NCBI RefSeq assembly: GCF_024521635.1
Contig: NW_026250411.1
Location: forward strand, 1,116,001-1,180,000
Direction: 5' to 3'
DNA length: 64,000 nt
Source: Tricharina praecox
Taxonomy: Eukaryota
The notes under the pieces were generated by a model. It saw only the letters and a program-made list of their open reading frames with translations. It was not told the DNA's origin and searched no databases. The position numbers and the translations under genes are program-made. Below, in pieces: positions 41,065-54,574 of this stretch; within the stretch, counting starts at the first letter, position 1, and each line of letters opens with the position of its first letter.

Positions 41065-42932
41065 TTCATCTTTTTTGTTTCCAGTTTCTGCACTGGTGTT
41101 TTCGGTGGGAACATGGGAGGACTTTTGGACTGGATGAGAGCTCTCTCAACTCAAGCTCCTGATTGATGCTGGATATGTGGTCCCAAAGAGCCCTATCGAC
41201 ATCAACTTTTTCGTTCAGTATCCCCCACACCTCCCAATTTAGACCGAGAGGCTGTCGATGAGAAGTACGGTACCTGTGAAGTTTCCGTCCTTCGTATCCA
41301 TCACCACGAGCAACCATATTTACCTATGCTACGACTTGAATAGCATTCTCGCTCTCACGGCACTCTACATATCTCCAGGACCACTCTACACCCAAAAACC
41401 ATGACCGAAGCCCGAGCTAGGTATTACAATTCACTTTCACTTTATCGGCCACTCTGCCCACAAATCACCCACCTAGAGATCTACCGACTATCCCGTCTCC
41501 CTCAGGTATTCACATTGTATGCACCAGCTACTCTCTTCCGTATGGTCTACTCACCTAACGAGTTCCTATTTAATAGGCCCCCCTACCCCCCGCACACCCG
41601 GATATCATCATAGGTATTCAGACGTTATAGCTCCTCCACAGGCATACGGAATCTGGACAGATGTAATAGGCGGTCACCACGATGGTGTTCATTGTTTGGG
41701 AGGATTGTAGTACTATATATATCAAGGCAGTGGTGATAAATCCACCATCAACACCTAGATACTCTCGAGAGTCGATGACAGGCACGACCGAAGAGGCCAA
41801 CAAAACGAAAAGTATGAAGACCGGGGAATATCGCCGTTTTATAGCTGGCCGTATCGACACTATGCAGAAGCGAGGAAGAGGCAGAGGCACGATCCTGCCC
41901 TGACCAGCCGGCGATTTCCTCGCATTCCCTCCATTCCCTCCTTCCCCTCCATTTCTCTGGCGGGATACGGTAGTGTTGATTCTTGAAGACGGACGGAAGC
42001 TTCATATTTCCCGTGGACAGTGTCGAGCGGGGAAAAGAACTACATAAGCGGCAGAGGATCGCTCCGTCCCGGCCCTGAAGGCTGATCTCGATCGACGTGT
42101 GCTTTCAGGCAGGTCGGGCAAGTCAGGTGGAAGGAATGGCTTGCATTCCTCCGCACCGTTGTTTGTCGGGCAGGTAGACTTTCTCCCCCCCCCCCACTCC
42201 GGGCACTGTTCACTACATTTGTCACGCTGGATTATAATAGGTAGCCTTTGCGAGAACAAAGAATATCAAATTTTCTTGTGTAGGTATGTGCCAGATGACC
42301 ATGCTGACCTTGCGGAGTATCCGGTCGACATCCACGCCGATCCGACACGCGAGTGACATCAGTGGAACCCTGAAGCGTCACTCGCGGCAGTCTTCTGCTG
42401 GATGGGGTAAGCTGGTGTTTCAACTGGAGGTGAACCAGCGGATTGCGGGAATATTTATGGGGGGAACCAAGGACTATCCATGATATGATATGATATGACG
42501 ACGGCCCATCGGTTCCGCATCTTCGCATTCCCTCTAGATCTCCCACATTCCCGTCGGTATGTATGTGCCTTGCATACCTACTATACATACATTAAACACG
42601 CAGACGCGGAAAAGGCGTCGGCAAGGCGGTACGGTATGCAAGGGCCTAGCTTTTCCGTCATCTCGACTCGCAATCCGCCCGTCTGCATTCCTTCCATTCT
42701 GTTGACTTGGGGTTGGGGCTTGGGGGGAGAGAGATGCGGTGGGAATCGGGTATATCCTTTATAAAGGTATCGTCCTTTTGTCAGAAGTTGATGTCTGGGT
42801 GCCATCCAGCCAGCCCTCCAACGGTATTTATTCCCACCAGGTCGGTCGATCCAGCCACTTTACGCTCTTTCAACAATATATCCACCGGACCTCGATAATT
42901 GCCTACGTACCAGATCCCACCACTCTAATACC

Positions 42933-43472
42933 ATGCGTCCTTCCCTCCTGACCATCTTCAGCACCGCAGTCCTCACGCTCGCGGCGGCGTCTCCCGCACC
43001 CTCTGGCGGCAAAGGTATATTCTCGCCGACCGTCTTCTCACCGACGAAAGCAGGAGCACTCCTTGCCAGCCTTCGAACGGCCGACAGCGGCTCCGACGAC
43101 GACGACAACGACGACGACGCCTCGAAGGGGCGACTAAACCTCAGCCACCAGCCGGACAAATACCCGCACGGCATGTACGACTGCGAGACGTCGTGGGCGT
43201 CGCCGACGCTCAGCGAGATCAAGGGCGCCGTAAAGAAAATCCGGCAGTTCTGGACGTGCGAGCAGAGTAATCCCGGCGGGTCGAAGTGTGAGCTCCTCTC
43301 TACGTTTAATGGCGGATCGATCGCTATCTGTGGGAAGCTGGGTCGCGCGATTAGTTGTTGGGATGTGGCTAGGGCCATAGAACAGTTGATGAAGTTTTGT
43401 AAGGATGAGGAGATGGGAAGAGCGGGCGGCACTTGGTATTTCGATGATAGGTTGAAGACGATTTTGTATTAG
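42933..43472 (+). CDS. Small secreted cysteine-rich protein (179 aa), effector-like
   Basis: Signal peptide MRPSLLTIFSTAVLTLAAA, an acidic spacer, and a 6-Cys C-terminal domain (CETSWASP...CEQSNPGGSKC...ICG...SC...FC...RAGG). TATAAA lies ~170 bp upstream. Confidence 0.85.
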   Translation: MRPSLLTIFSTAVLTLAAASPAPSGGKGIFSPTVFSPTKAGALLASLRTADSGSDDDDNDDDASKGRLNLSHQPDKYPHGMYDCETSWASPTLSEIKGAVKKIRQFWTCEQSNPGGSKCELLSTFNGGSIAICGKLGRAISCWDVARAIEQLMKFCKDEEMGRAGGTWYFDDRLKTILY

Positions 43473-44600
43473 GCAGGGCAGGCCTGGCTGTATGAGGACT
43501 GGGACTGGAACTGTGGTGGCCGCTTGCTACGGGTGTGCTAGATGTACTGTACTATTGCTGGATGTTCTGTTCCTTCTTCTGTTCTCTCTGTACCTCACCT
43601 TCCGCTCTACTTCCACTTCTATTCTTCCCTTTCACCTCTTCCCTTCTCCACCAGGCCCTTCTTCCACTCCGTCCTCTTCTTCCACCCACTTTTCACTTTC
43701 CACCATCCACCATCCACCACCCACTTCCCTCTTTACCCTCTTGAGTCTTCACTTCTTTTCCCTTACCTTCTTTAATTTACTTTACTTTATTTACTGCCAC
43801 GACCGTTTGTTTGTTTGTATTGGTATCACCAGTCTACTGGCTGGACTGAATATAAATGGCCCTGTTCCTCAGCACCCTCCGACGCTTGCGAGCACTTCTA
43901 CCAGGAAGGATCGAATCCAGACGTATGTATCGAGAGGTAGGCAGTCCCAGATCTGCAGAAGCTGCTTGGGGGCGTGTTTGCCTTTCCGCCATCAGTGCTG
44001 GGAATCTCGGATGGTCCGGAATCCGGATACTTGCTCATCATTCGATATTTGAAACGAAGCATGGAAGTGGCGGTGATCCACCATTGCATTGCATTAGCTG
44101 GACTGGGCTCGATGCAGTTCCCACGAGAACACATCATTCACACCAGCACGCTGGAAACAACAGGTGAAACTTGACTCTTGAGGCTAGTTAGGGCGTGCAT
44201 TCGTGCGCATACTAGGTACTACGGTACTCTACTTACCTACATAGTTGATGGAAGCTCGGTACCGGTGGGTGTACCTAGACTGTACTATGGTGAGAAGATG
44301 TTGCGGATATATGTATGAGACTGAATTGTTGAGACGAGTGCCCATGTGGCACGCACCGTGGCTACCTACCGACTTCGAGACTTGAGTAGTACATAGGATC
44401 TGCAGTGATAAATTCGCCTTGGAAGTTTGTGGTTACATTCAACAGTCTAAATACCGTGTGGCAGTGGCCATTCACCCACGAAACCGCACGTCACACTCAC
44501 GGTGATCAGTCCAAGCATTCAATTCAACATTCCCTCCTCGCAATCAACATGAACACCCGGTATCCCCCACGTGATATCGCACTCCGCACACCCCATCCCG

Positions 44601-46151
44601 CTAGTACGCCTCAACACCATACCACACCGTAGCCGCGCTGATAAAGCCAATGACGCCGAACCCGACAAACGAGACGACAGTGGGCAGGATCGGGACGGCG
44701 AACGCAACAATAAACGTTCCGATCCAGTTGACGACCAGACCCGCGCTCTGCGCGCCATCCACAGCCCTGTAGCTAACAGTCTTACTGGCGACCATCCACG
44801 GGAGCGGGCCGAGTCCGATCGAGAAGCTCGAGACGAACATGAAGCAGGCGATGGCGCTAAGCATTGCGACGCCATACGCGATGCCGGCGGCGAGGAGCCA
44901 CGAGAACGTCGCCATTCCCAGCATAGAGGCGATCAGCAGGAATTTGTGCGAGACCTTGTCGAAGAACATGGATGCGACAGAGGTGATGACAAGGTTGGCG
45001 GCTGAGATCACGACGTTGATGTAGCCGGCGGCGTCGGGAAGGAGCGTCTTCAGGACCGATACGCCGTGGAAGATGACGGCGTTGATACCCAGCAGCTGTT
45101 GCGCGAACATGAGACCGCACACGATGAGTGCACCTTTGCGGTGCTCTTTCCTCGTGACGAATTCCCAAGTTGTCACCTTGGAGGTGTTCTCGGCCACGGC
45201 GCCAGTCAGAGGTTCCTCCTCTGTTTCCCTGTCAGCCGTCTGATACGCGAATTAAGAGCTGCAAGGGAAGTCATGCCGCGGATTTCATCCTCAATCATCC
45301 CCGAGTTCGCCGAGCCCCGAAGCCTGGCAAGACTGTTTCTCGCCGCATTACGGTTTCCGATCGAGACCAGGTACTTTGGCGATTCCGGGACTCCAAGGAG
45401 AAGAACTCCCTGAAGAATTCCAATCCCAGCCCCAACAACGAGGATCAAACGCCAGTACTGAGGCTTGCTCAGGAACAGTCCCAGAATCTGCGTCGTGAGG
45501 ATACCGATGTTGATCGAGATTTGAGTGAACGCCCCACTGAGGGATATTAGTCTTTTTCTTACTCCAACTCAAGGGCTCTGGCGTCCTTACAATTTACCCT
45601 TCGCATCGGGCGGCGCAATCTCGTTGACATAAAGCGGCACGACAACCGCAGCAGCTCCACTGCTGAGTCCACTAATGAACCGCCCCAGCGCCAACACGGG
45701 CACGTTGGGGGCCAGAGCCTTCATCATACCGGCAACGATGAATCCAATCGAGTTGAGAACCAGTGTCGCCCGGCGACCATAGCGGTTTCCCATCGGCTGA
45801 GACGCGAGGGCTCCAAATAGACCGCCCACAGCGAAAATCGACGTGACGAGGCCTGCAAAACAATCAGCTATCGTCCGAACTCGCTAGGTTTGTGATTCAA
45901 TGCGTACCAAACTCCCAGGACGCCATGGGAATGCATGGTGGGAGGCCGTCGACAGGTGTCGCCGTGTTGATGGATGGGCAGCTCATTGCGTCGCGGGGCT
46001 CGTTTAGCTCGGCCTGCACACACACGCTCAGTCAGACAGGCCCGCCGGTAAGTTTGACGCTGGAAGAGCTGCGTACCATGTTGTAGCCGAACTGGAACGT
46101 CCCCAAAGAGATGATCGCGACCGTGTATAGGAGATACGGTTCGATAGCCAT
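44601..46151 (-). CDS. MFS sugar-porter family transporter (Vps73/YBR241C-like); multi-exon
   Basis: GTFQFGYN, GGLFGAL..NRYGRR, GRFISG, PLYVNEIAP, PESPKYL, QQLLGINAV, GLGPLPW and VNW. Confidence 0.9.
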
Positions 46152-47551
46152 GGTCGCGACGTTATCTCTGCCTTCACGGGAAGCTCGAGAGGTAGGATAA
46201 GGTGGAGATAGTTAGCTAGGAAGAGCTGGCTGTAGCTACGAGCTGATTCGGATCCACGAAAGCTTGAGGGAACGGGTGTATTATTTGAGGATAATCTGTG
46301 GTTGAGGATCAGTTCAACGAGAGCATGTTGTTATGAAAGAGGGTGTTTCAGAGGTTGATCGTCATCCGTCCGGCGTCGTCATGTTACTCCAGAGTCCACG
46401 CAACGGACCCTTGTGCAACGGGTGTCACCCAGGAGCTCAGCCGCCCGAGGTCGGATCCGATAAGGCGGCGGAAGCCATACATAGCGGGCGGAGGACAGGG
46501 CCGGAAATCCCACCCGATCAACAAGGCCATTTCTCGTCCGCCGCGGCCATTCTGCACGCCAACTCCACGCTTTACGTGAAGAGACAGCGAGCCAGCTCGC
46601 TGCGGGACTTTTACCGGTGCACGCTCGCTGAGCGCGGCAAAGGTAGGTACTCTACTACTATATAGGTACGATACCTAGAGTGTAGTAGAGTGGGTTCCCG
46701 GGAACACTGTCTATGGCAAAGTAAGCAAGATGCACATACTTACCGTAGATATATTTACAAAATCCTGAGGACTCGGCACAGGGTACTAAAGCAGCGGATC
46801 CACTGCACGTGAGATGTGGCCTCGTACTACTGAAGAGTTGAGCCGAAGATACCGTATCATCGCCAGCTGCGGACTGGAGTCACTGGCGAACTGTCATAAC
46901 TGAGTATCGGTATCAAAGAGATCGCCTCTCCCCCCGCATCTCCGTCATGCTCATGGCACTTGACAACTCGTCACGCTCATGGCACTTGAAATCCCCCATC
47001 GAATGATGCCGCGTGTATGTCGTCTGTGGAGCCATGCAAGCGGGCCGGCCGGCAGTTCCTCTCCAGGCGGACCTTCAAACTGCACCTCCACCAACAACAA
47101 CAACACCACCACCACCATTACCACCACCACCACCACCACCACCACTAACTCCCACCACCAGCCAGCCAGCTCGGTCGCCTTGCGAACAATCTCCAAGACC
47201 GCCCCCTTTCCCGTCACCGCCACCTGCAGCCAAGTTGCTTTCAAAGCAAGATTCAAAAACCCTCCGCAGAAAAAAAGCACTCCATAGCACTCCATAGCAC
47301 CCATAGCTCTCCATACGATCCGCTCCCCTTTCCCCTTTCCCCGCCTTCCTCGGCGCTTCCCCCCGAAAAACTAACTGCGGCCAGCCGGTATTCATCCGGA
47401 CCCCATCCCCCACCCCCATCTGACCCCAGCGCTACCCGATAGCTCGGCGGAGAGGCGTCTTATCCGGCCGCTAATCGGCCATGCAAGGCGAAAAAAAGCG
47501 GAGAAGCAGGAATCGAGACAAAGCCCGGCCCACTCTAACTACTAGCCCACC

Positions 47552-49154
47552 ATGCAAGCTCCTGCTGACCTGCACCAATCCGTCGGGAACTTGGACGAGA
47601 ACACCACTCGCCAACCTGATCCTCCAAAAACACCACTGCCACCGCCATCGCACACTCCGCTTCCTTCTTCATACGCGACCCTCAATCCCCCTGCGACCGC
47701 CACCGCGACCACCGTCCAGCCGTCCTTAAAGCGCCGGCGCGGCGACGATTCTGTTGGCGCTGCAGCGACCGCCGAAGACACCCCCGGAGACCGCGAAAAA
47801 ATGCCATTGCCACCGTACAGAAGCAAGGTCCGTGTGCTCGAGAAGTACCACATCATCGGCTTCATCTCGTCGGGAACCTATGGAAGGGTGTACAAAGCCC
47901 GCAGCCGCACGCCTGGAAACAAGAAGGAGTTCGCGATTAAGAAGCAAGAGAACACGTCTCCTACTGCAGCTTCCGGATCACTGACGGACGTCTCCCAGGT
48001 TCAAACCCGACAAGGAAGGAGAAGTCATACAGTACACCGGAATATCGCAGTCGGCATGTCGAGAGATGGCTGTATGCTTGCCACCCTTCCCCCTTTTTCA
48101 TACGATCGCGGATTGCGGGTTTTAACAGCGCGTTCAATTCAAGCTCTGTTCCGAATTGAGCCACGAGAACATAATCCACCTCCACGAAATCATTCTCGAG
48201 GACAAGTGCATCTACATGGTCTTTGAATTTGCCGAACACGATCTGCTCAAGATTATACATTTTCACTCGCAGAATCCCGATCGCCGTCCCATTCCCGAGG
48301 CCACTGTCAAGTCGGTGCTATGGCAACTGTTAAACGGCGCTTCCTACCTTCATCAGAACTGGGTTCTACATCGGGATCTGAAACCTGCGAACATCATGGT
48401 TACATCTGCCGGCGAGGTGAAGATTGGCGATCTCGGCCTCGCTCGTCTGTTCTACAAGCCGCTGCAGTCACTCTACACAGGTGACAAGGTGGTCGTGACA
48501 ATATGGTATCGCGCCCCAGAGCTCTTGCTGGGAAGTAAACACTACACCACCGCGATTGACATGTGGGCGATCGGGTGCATCTTCGCCGAGCTGCTCTCGC
48601 TGCGACCAATCTTCAAGGGCGAGGAAGCGAAGATGGAGAAGAAGAGCACGGTTCCGTTTCAGCGCAATCAGATGCAGAAGATCATTGAGATATTGGGAAC
48701 GCCGACGAAGGAGCGTTGGCCGGACGTGGCTCAAAATCCAGAATACCACCAGCTCACTTCTTTCAAGCAGTATGATAATAACCTCAAGGCGTGGTATCAG
48801 TCCATCAACCAGACGAATCAGCAGGGCTTCAATCTCCTATCCGGTCTTTTGCACTATGATCCGACGCAGCGCCTTTCCGCACAGCAAGCACTGGAACACC
48901 CGTACTTCCAGGAAGGCGCGAAGTTGTCGTTGAAGTGAGTATTCGCTTTTGAGTTCACTCCCCGAAATTTGCATGAAGGACGTGGTGGAAGGATCTGACA
49001 ACCAAGCAGCGCATTTGAGGGTCAAACCTTCGAGTACCCGAACCGCCGCGTCACCCAGGAAGATAATGACATATCGTTGCCCGGAACGAAGAGGAGTGGG
49101 TTACTGGATGATTCGATTGCTGGGAATAGGGCGAAGAGGCTGAAGGAGGGTTAG
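47552..49154 (+). CDS. SSN3: Mediator kinase CDK8 (Ssn3/Srb10); 4 exons; start codon uncertain (47552 or 47801)
   Basis: [53 protein letters not shown] and [15 protein letters not shown]. Confidence 0.96.
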
Positions 49155-49766
49155 ATTTTAGTGCTTTTCGGAAATTGGGGGCGTGAAGGCGTTCAGCTAC
49201 ATACCGATTTTAATCTCGTCCTTTCTCGCCGGTTGCGGGGTCCGTCTGGGGACCCTGCGGACCGGATACCTGGTGGAGGAGGCATTGAGGGGGCATATCT
49301 CTATTGTGAGAGATCCTATTGGGTTCTGTCTGATTGTTGTGGGGATTTGATACTATGTTCTGGGAGTTCTGGCGCACTTTTTCTTCTTTCGGTGCGGTGA
49401 TGGTTGCGAAACTTTATCAGGAGATGATGGTATCTCTTGTTCAGTTGATTTTTGCGGTATTTAATTGTCATTTGTCTGCGCACCTTCATGGCTTCTAGTT
49501 ATGCTATTGAAAGCATCCGAACATACGTTCTGCGTTGGTGTCGATCACCACGAATAAGAGCTCTCAATGTCGAGAGGTTTCCTCCCCGGCTCGGATACTC
49601 CTAATTGGGAGGTTGCTGTAAATGGCTAAATCGAGTGCTCGCGTATGTACTGGAGCCTCCTGTCGTAAGCAGCCGCGCCGTCCACATAGCACGAGGTAGC
49701 CCAACTTTACCACCACGAACCCTCACTTCTTCGAATCATCAACACTACATCATTCAATCTCTCAAT

Positions 49767-51259
49767 ATGGCTGACCTTCCTATAGGTTCGTCCTGTTGCT
49801 CTCGAAGCTTCTGACTTTGCTAACGTATATGTTGTAGTTCTCGACGGAGGAACCGGTTTGTACGGCGCTCCCCACACCATCATCCCCGCTTGAGCTCCGG
49901 CAGCTCCATTCCATTGAGCTCATCACTGACAACAACCTGAATCACACAGCCTCAAAGTTGGATATGCTGGACAGAACTTCCCCGAACACCAATACCCTTC
50001 CATCGTCGGACGTCCGATACTGCGTGCGGAGGAGAGATCAGGGGATGTGGTGGGTTGCTCGAGTCCAAGCTGCTGTTGAGAGGCATGCTGATAGTGTGGC
50101 CTTGTCGACATAGGTCATCAAAGACATTATGGTTGGAGATGAAGCTTCCGCTCTCCGCTCGATGCTGCAAATCACCTACCCCGTCAGTCCTTCCGTCCCA
50201 CACGCAGCAGGAGCGACCGACTGACGATATCCTCGCCCCAGATGGACAACGGCATCATCAAGCGCTGGGACGACATGCAGCACGTTTGGGACTACACCTT
50301 CTCGGAGAAGCTCCAGATCGATCCCACCGGGCGCAAGATCCTGCTCACGGAACCGCCGATGAACCCGCTGTCCAACCGGGAGAAGATGTGCGAGGTCATG
50401 TTTGAACGCTACAACTTTGGCGGTGTCTACGTTGCCATCCAGGCAGTTCTCGCACTCTACGCCCAGGGGTTGTCTTCGGGTGTCGTTGTCGATTCGGGAG
50501 ACGGAGTCACGCATATCGTTCCTGTCTATGAGAGCGTGGTGCTGAACCATCTTACTCGCCGCCTCAACGTTGCGGGACGCGATGTCACTCGTCAGCTGAT
50601 TGCACTTCTCCTGCGGCGCGGATATGCCCTCAACCGTACGGCAGACTTCGAGACCGCTCGTGCGATCAAGGAGAAGCTGTGCTACGTCTCCTACGACCTG
50701 GAGCTCGACCACAAGCTTTCGGAGGAGACGACTGTCCTGGTGGAGAGTTATACCCTTCCCGATGGCCGCACCATCCGTGTTGGAAGCGAGCGTTTCGAAG
50801 CACCAGAGTGCATGTTCCAGCCGCACTTGGTCGACGTCGAGCAGTCTGGTATCGCCGAGATGTTGTTCGAGACCATCCAGTCCGCCGACGTCGACATCAG
50901 GACCAGTCTTTATAGAGCTGTCGTGTTGTCCGGCGGAAGCAGCATGTATCCCGGCCTGCCGAGCAGACTCGAGAAGGAGCTCAAGCAGCTCTGGCTGACG
51001 CGTGTCCTGCACGGGGATCCTACCCGGTTGAACGTGGGTTTCCGTGCTCTGTGGGGATGCGGTTGACACGGAGATGCTGATATGGTGAAAACAGAAATTC
51101 AAGGTCAGGATCGAGGATCCCCCCAGACGGCGCCACATGGTCTTCCTGGGAGGTGCCGTGCTGGCCAACATCATGGCCGACAAGGAGGACATGTGGATCT
51201 CCAAAGCAGAGTGGGACGAGCAGGGCACGCGGGCTCTGACAAAGCTGGGACCGCGATAG
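49767..51259 (+). CDS. ARP2: Actin-related protein 2; multi-exon
   Basis: [78 protein letters not shown] and [12 protein letters not shown]. Confidence 0.97.
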
Positions 51260-52181
51260 AGGGTATCCCGAGAGGAGTGGATAGCGCGCTTCCTTTGTAT
51301 ATCTTGCGTACTAGCATTGCGTGTGTTGTTGTTGTTTGGGTTCTTTGGGGGTCGAAAAGAGAGGTAGTGATATCATTATTCACGTTCAACTGGTATAGGC
51401 ACTTGACCAGCTCACTTCTTCGTGGGGGTTGGGGAAGTGGTCGCATTTTTGTTTCCCACCGCGTTTGTTTCATCCGCTATCTATCTGACGAACTGCCGTG
51501 CACATACGCCATGTGCGGGCCCTTTTGCGTCGTCACGCAGAATTCTTCATATCTACGCCCGCACCCGTGATGCCAGTGGCAAGGCATACCTAGATTATCC
51601 TCATCCTTGAAAGCGACATGCATGAATGACCCTTTCGTTTCCCCGCAGGCACTCTATCTACCCACTCTACTTGTGGAATCTGTGAGGAGAAGGGAAAAAA
51701 AGAAAATGTGTAGATTTTTGATGAACTTTTGCAGAAATCGTATCTCCGTTTCCCACCAGATGGCAGAGCGCAGAGGATCTTGGAGCGGATCTCGGGGCTG
51801 ATTCAGGGGAGCCTACGTACCACGCACCTAAGCGATCTAGAAAGAGGTGACCTTAGATCAGCGAGGCGGGCTAAGCCACAATGGGACCTCATCCCTCGGC
51901 GAGCATCTCGAAAGCAGAGCTTCCCCACGAATGAACACCACCAACGTGCCATACTTCCGAACGCCGCCGCACACCTTGAGTTAAAGCCTGCCTGCCGCCT
52001 TCAACCTTACCTTACCTTAGGTACCGCATGGATGCTCGCGCAGTCATCCCATCTCCTTGCCACCACCAGCGACGACGACGACCACACCTTCGAGAGACTC
52101 CCTCACACACACACATATCCACCCGGCCAGAGCTACCTCCGCACCACCGCCGCCGACGACGACGACGACTACAAAGCCGAA

Positions 52182-53616
52182 ATGCCTCTCAGCGACTCCG
52201 CGCGCCCGCTGGCGATTGCTCGGCCGTCGGATGGGCACTCAGCAGAGCCGCTGCTGGAGGAGCGCGGGCGAGGCGGGAGCTACGAGGGCTACGATGTGGA
52301 GCGGGCGAGGCGGCGGCACGAGATGCGCAGTAGGAGCCCGGCGGCGGCGAAGGAGCTCGCCACCAGGAAGAAGTATTTGCTGGCCGCTGTGTTCCTCGTG
52401 CTGTCGCTCGTGAGCTTCGTGGTCCAGACGGAGGCTACCGCGTATATTCAGAGTCATTTGGGATGGAGGAAACCGTATTTGATGCTGTGAGTACTGTACT
52501 GTTGAGCTAGGGGAGGGTGGAGGGAGGAGGGCTGATCTCGGGACAGGTACTTCACGCACTGCTCGTTGTCGGTGCTGTGGCCGTTCCAAGTGCTGATTTT
52601 GAAAGCTCGCAAGCCACATATACCATGGGCGCCGTTTCTCAAAGCGCATTTCCACAGCGTGCGTACAACAGCGCAAATGATCATGGCGGGAACACCGCAC
52701 CTATCACCGTCGCAAGCCAAGCGTGATCCGACGGTGTTCATGCTCCGGCGCGTCGTCTTCATCACCGCGGCGCTCACGGTCGGCGGCTCCACCTGGTACG
52801 TCGCAGTGAATATGACGACGCCGAGCGATCTCACGGCGATCTACAACTGCTCGGCGTTCTTCGCGTACGTGTTCAGCATATTCATGCTGAAGGAGCGGAT
52901 GCGCGTCGACAAGATCTCGTCGGTGGTGGTGGCGTGCGTGGGCGTGCTCATTGTGGCGTATGGAGACAGCGGCACCGCTGAGAAGGGACAGGAGGAGGCC
53001 GCGGCGAACAGGACCCTCGGCAATCTGATCATAGGCGTCGGGAGCGTCATGTATGGGTTCTACGAAGTGCTGTACAAGAAGGTGGCGTGTCCGCCCGAGG
53101 GCGTGAGCTCCTCGCGCACCATCGTCTTTGCAAACGCCGTGGGAACCGGGCTGGGCCTCACGACACTGGTATGATTCCCATCCTCCTGTGATTATTAGGC
53201 TGATGATGAACGACCAGGTTGTCCTCTGGATCCCGATCCCGTTCTTCCACGTTATGGGCTGGGAGACGTTCGAGCTGCCGCACGGCCAAGCGGCTTTGCT
53301 AGTGGCCGTCTCGGTCTTTTCGAACGCGGTGTTCTCGGGCTCCTTTCTGGTCCTCATCTCGCTCACCAGCCCCGTCCTGTCCAGCGTCGCAGCGCTGCTC
53401 ACCATCTTCCTGGTGGCGGTGGTGGACCAAATGTTGCCCTCGGGGAAACCCCTCAGTGGCGCTGCGATCGTTGGCGGATTGACTATCTGCGCCGCGTTCT
53501 TTCTGCTCGCGTGGAGTATGTGGAGAGAGATGGCAGAGGATGCAAATGCGGTTGCGAGAGGGAAGGAGGATGATGAGGATTGGAGCGAGAGTGAGACGGA
53601 GAGGGATGAGGCTTGA
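52182..53616 (+). CDS. EamA/DMT-superfamily (SLC35F-like) transporter; 3 exons
   Basis: Multiple transmembrane segments; WRKPYLML|YFTHC, TPSDLTAIYNCSAFFAYVFS and SLTSPVLSSVAALLTIF. Confidence 0.88.
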
Positions 53617-54574
53617 GGTTTGAGCTATCTTTTACACTGTCGGGAAATATATATAGAGGTGGACGGGATGGGACGGAATGCGATGCGTTAGGTTGGGATG
53701 GGATGGTGTTGGGATTTGCTACTTATTTATTTATTTTCGTTCTTTCTTTCTCTGTCGATTACATATTTGGTTATGGTGTGGTCTGGTCTGGATTATTGGC
53801 TTCTTAGGCCTGGGTCTGAGTTCGAGTTCGGTGAGAGTGTTTTGTTCGTTGAGAGTGTTTTGTTCATTGTAATTCGGGGTGTTCTTTTTTTTCTTCTTGT
53901 GTGTTTTGGGAATCTTGGAATTTGGGTCCTGAGTGGTTTAGATGTGGATGTGGGGAAACTCCTGGGTCTATCTAAAGCGGTGGCATACTATGATACTACG
54001 GGCCAGCAATGGTTATATGAGCGTTCTGACACATATTTCGTCGTAATGAATAATGGTGGTGGTAGTGGGCGATGGCAAGTCATCGTGTAGCACTCACTGA
54101 TAGATATCATTTTAGTCGTGATCCGTGAACCCTACTGAGAATTTTGTAGATTAGATGTACACAACTCTACAGCCAGTGGTATATTAAAGGTTCATTCTCC
54201 CTCGCTACTCAAGATTCACTTTCAGCCACCAAGGACACAGCTTCTATGCCTATTGTCAATATCCATTCACCGGAACTCGGCTCTGATACTCCACTACCTA
54301 TACCTACTGCCATTTGGTCCTTGAATTATTTCTGTCATCGGTATAGTGCCTGTGGTCAAGAAAGGCAGTGATCATTTCGCTCTACATCCGGGAAGTTTAA
54401 TTGTTCTATGTACATGGCAACAGCCGGCCCCACAAAAAAAAACAGCAGTGAAATCCAGACGACTCTCAAACCTGCAACTTCACCACCCGGCTGACTACCT
54501 AGAATACACCCGTGCCTCGTATCCCTCACTGCCAAATGAGTACATATCCCTCCCGGTAAGACTACCTACCCAGG

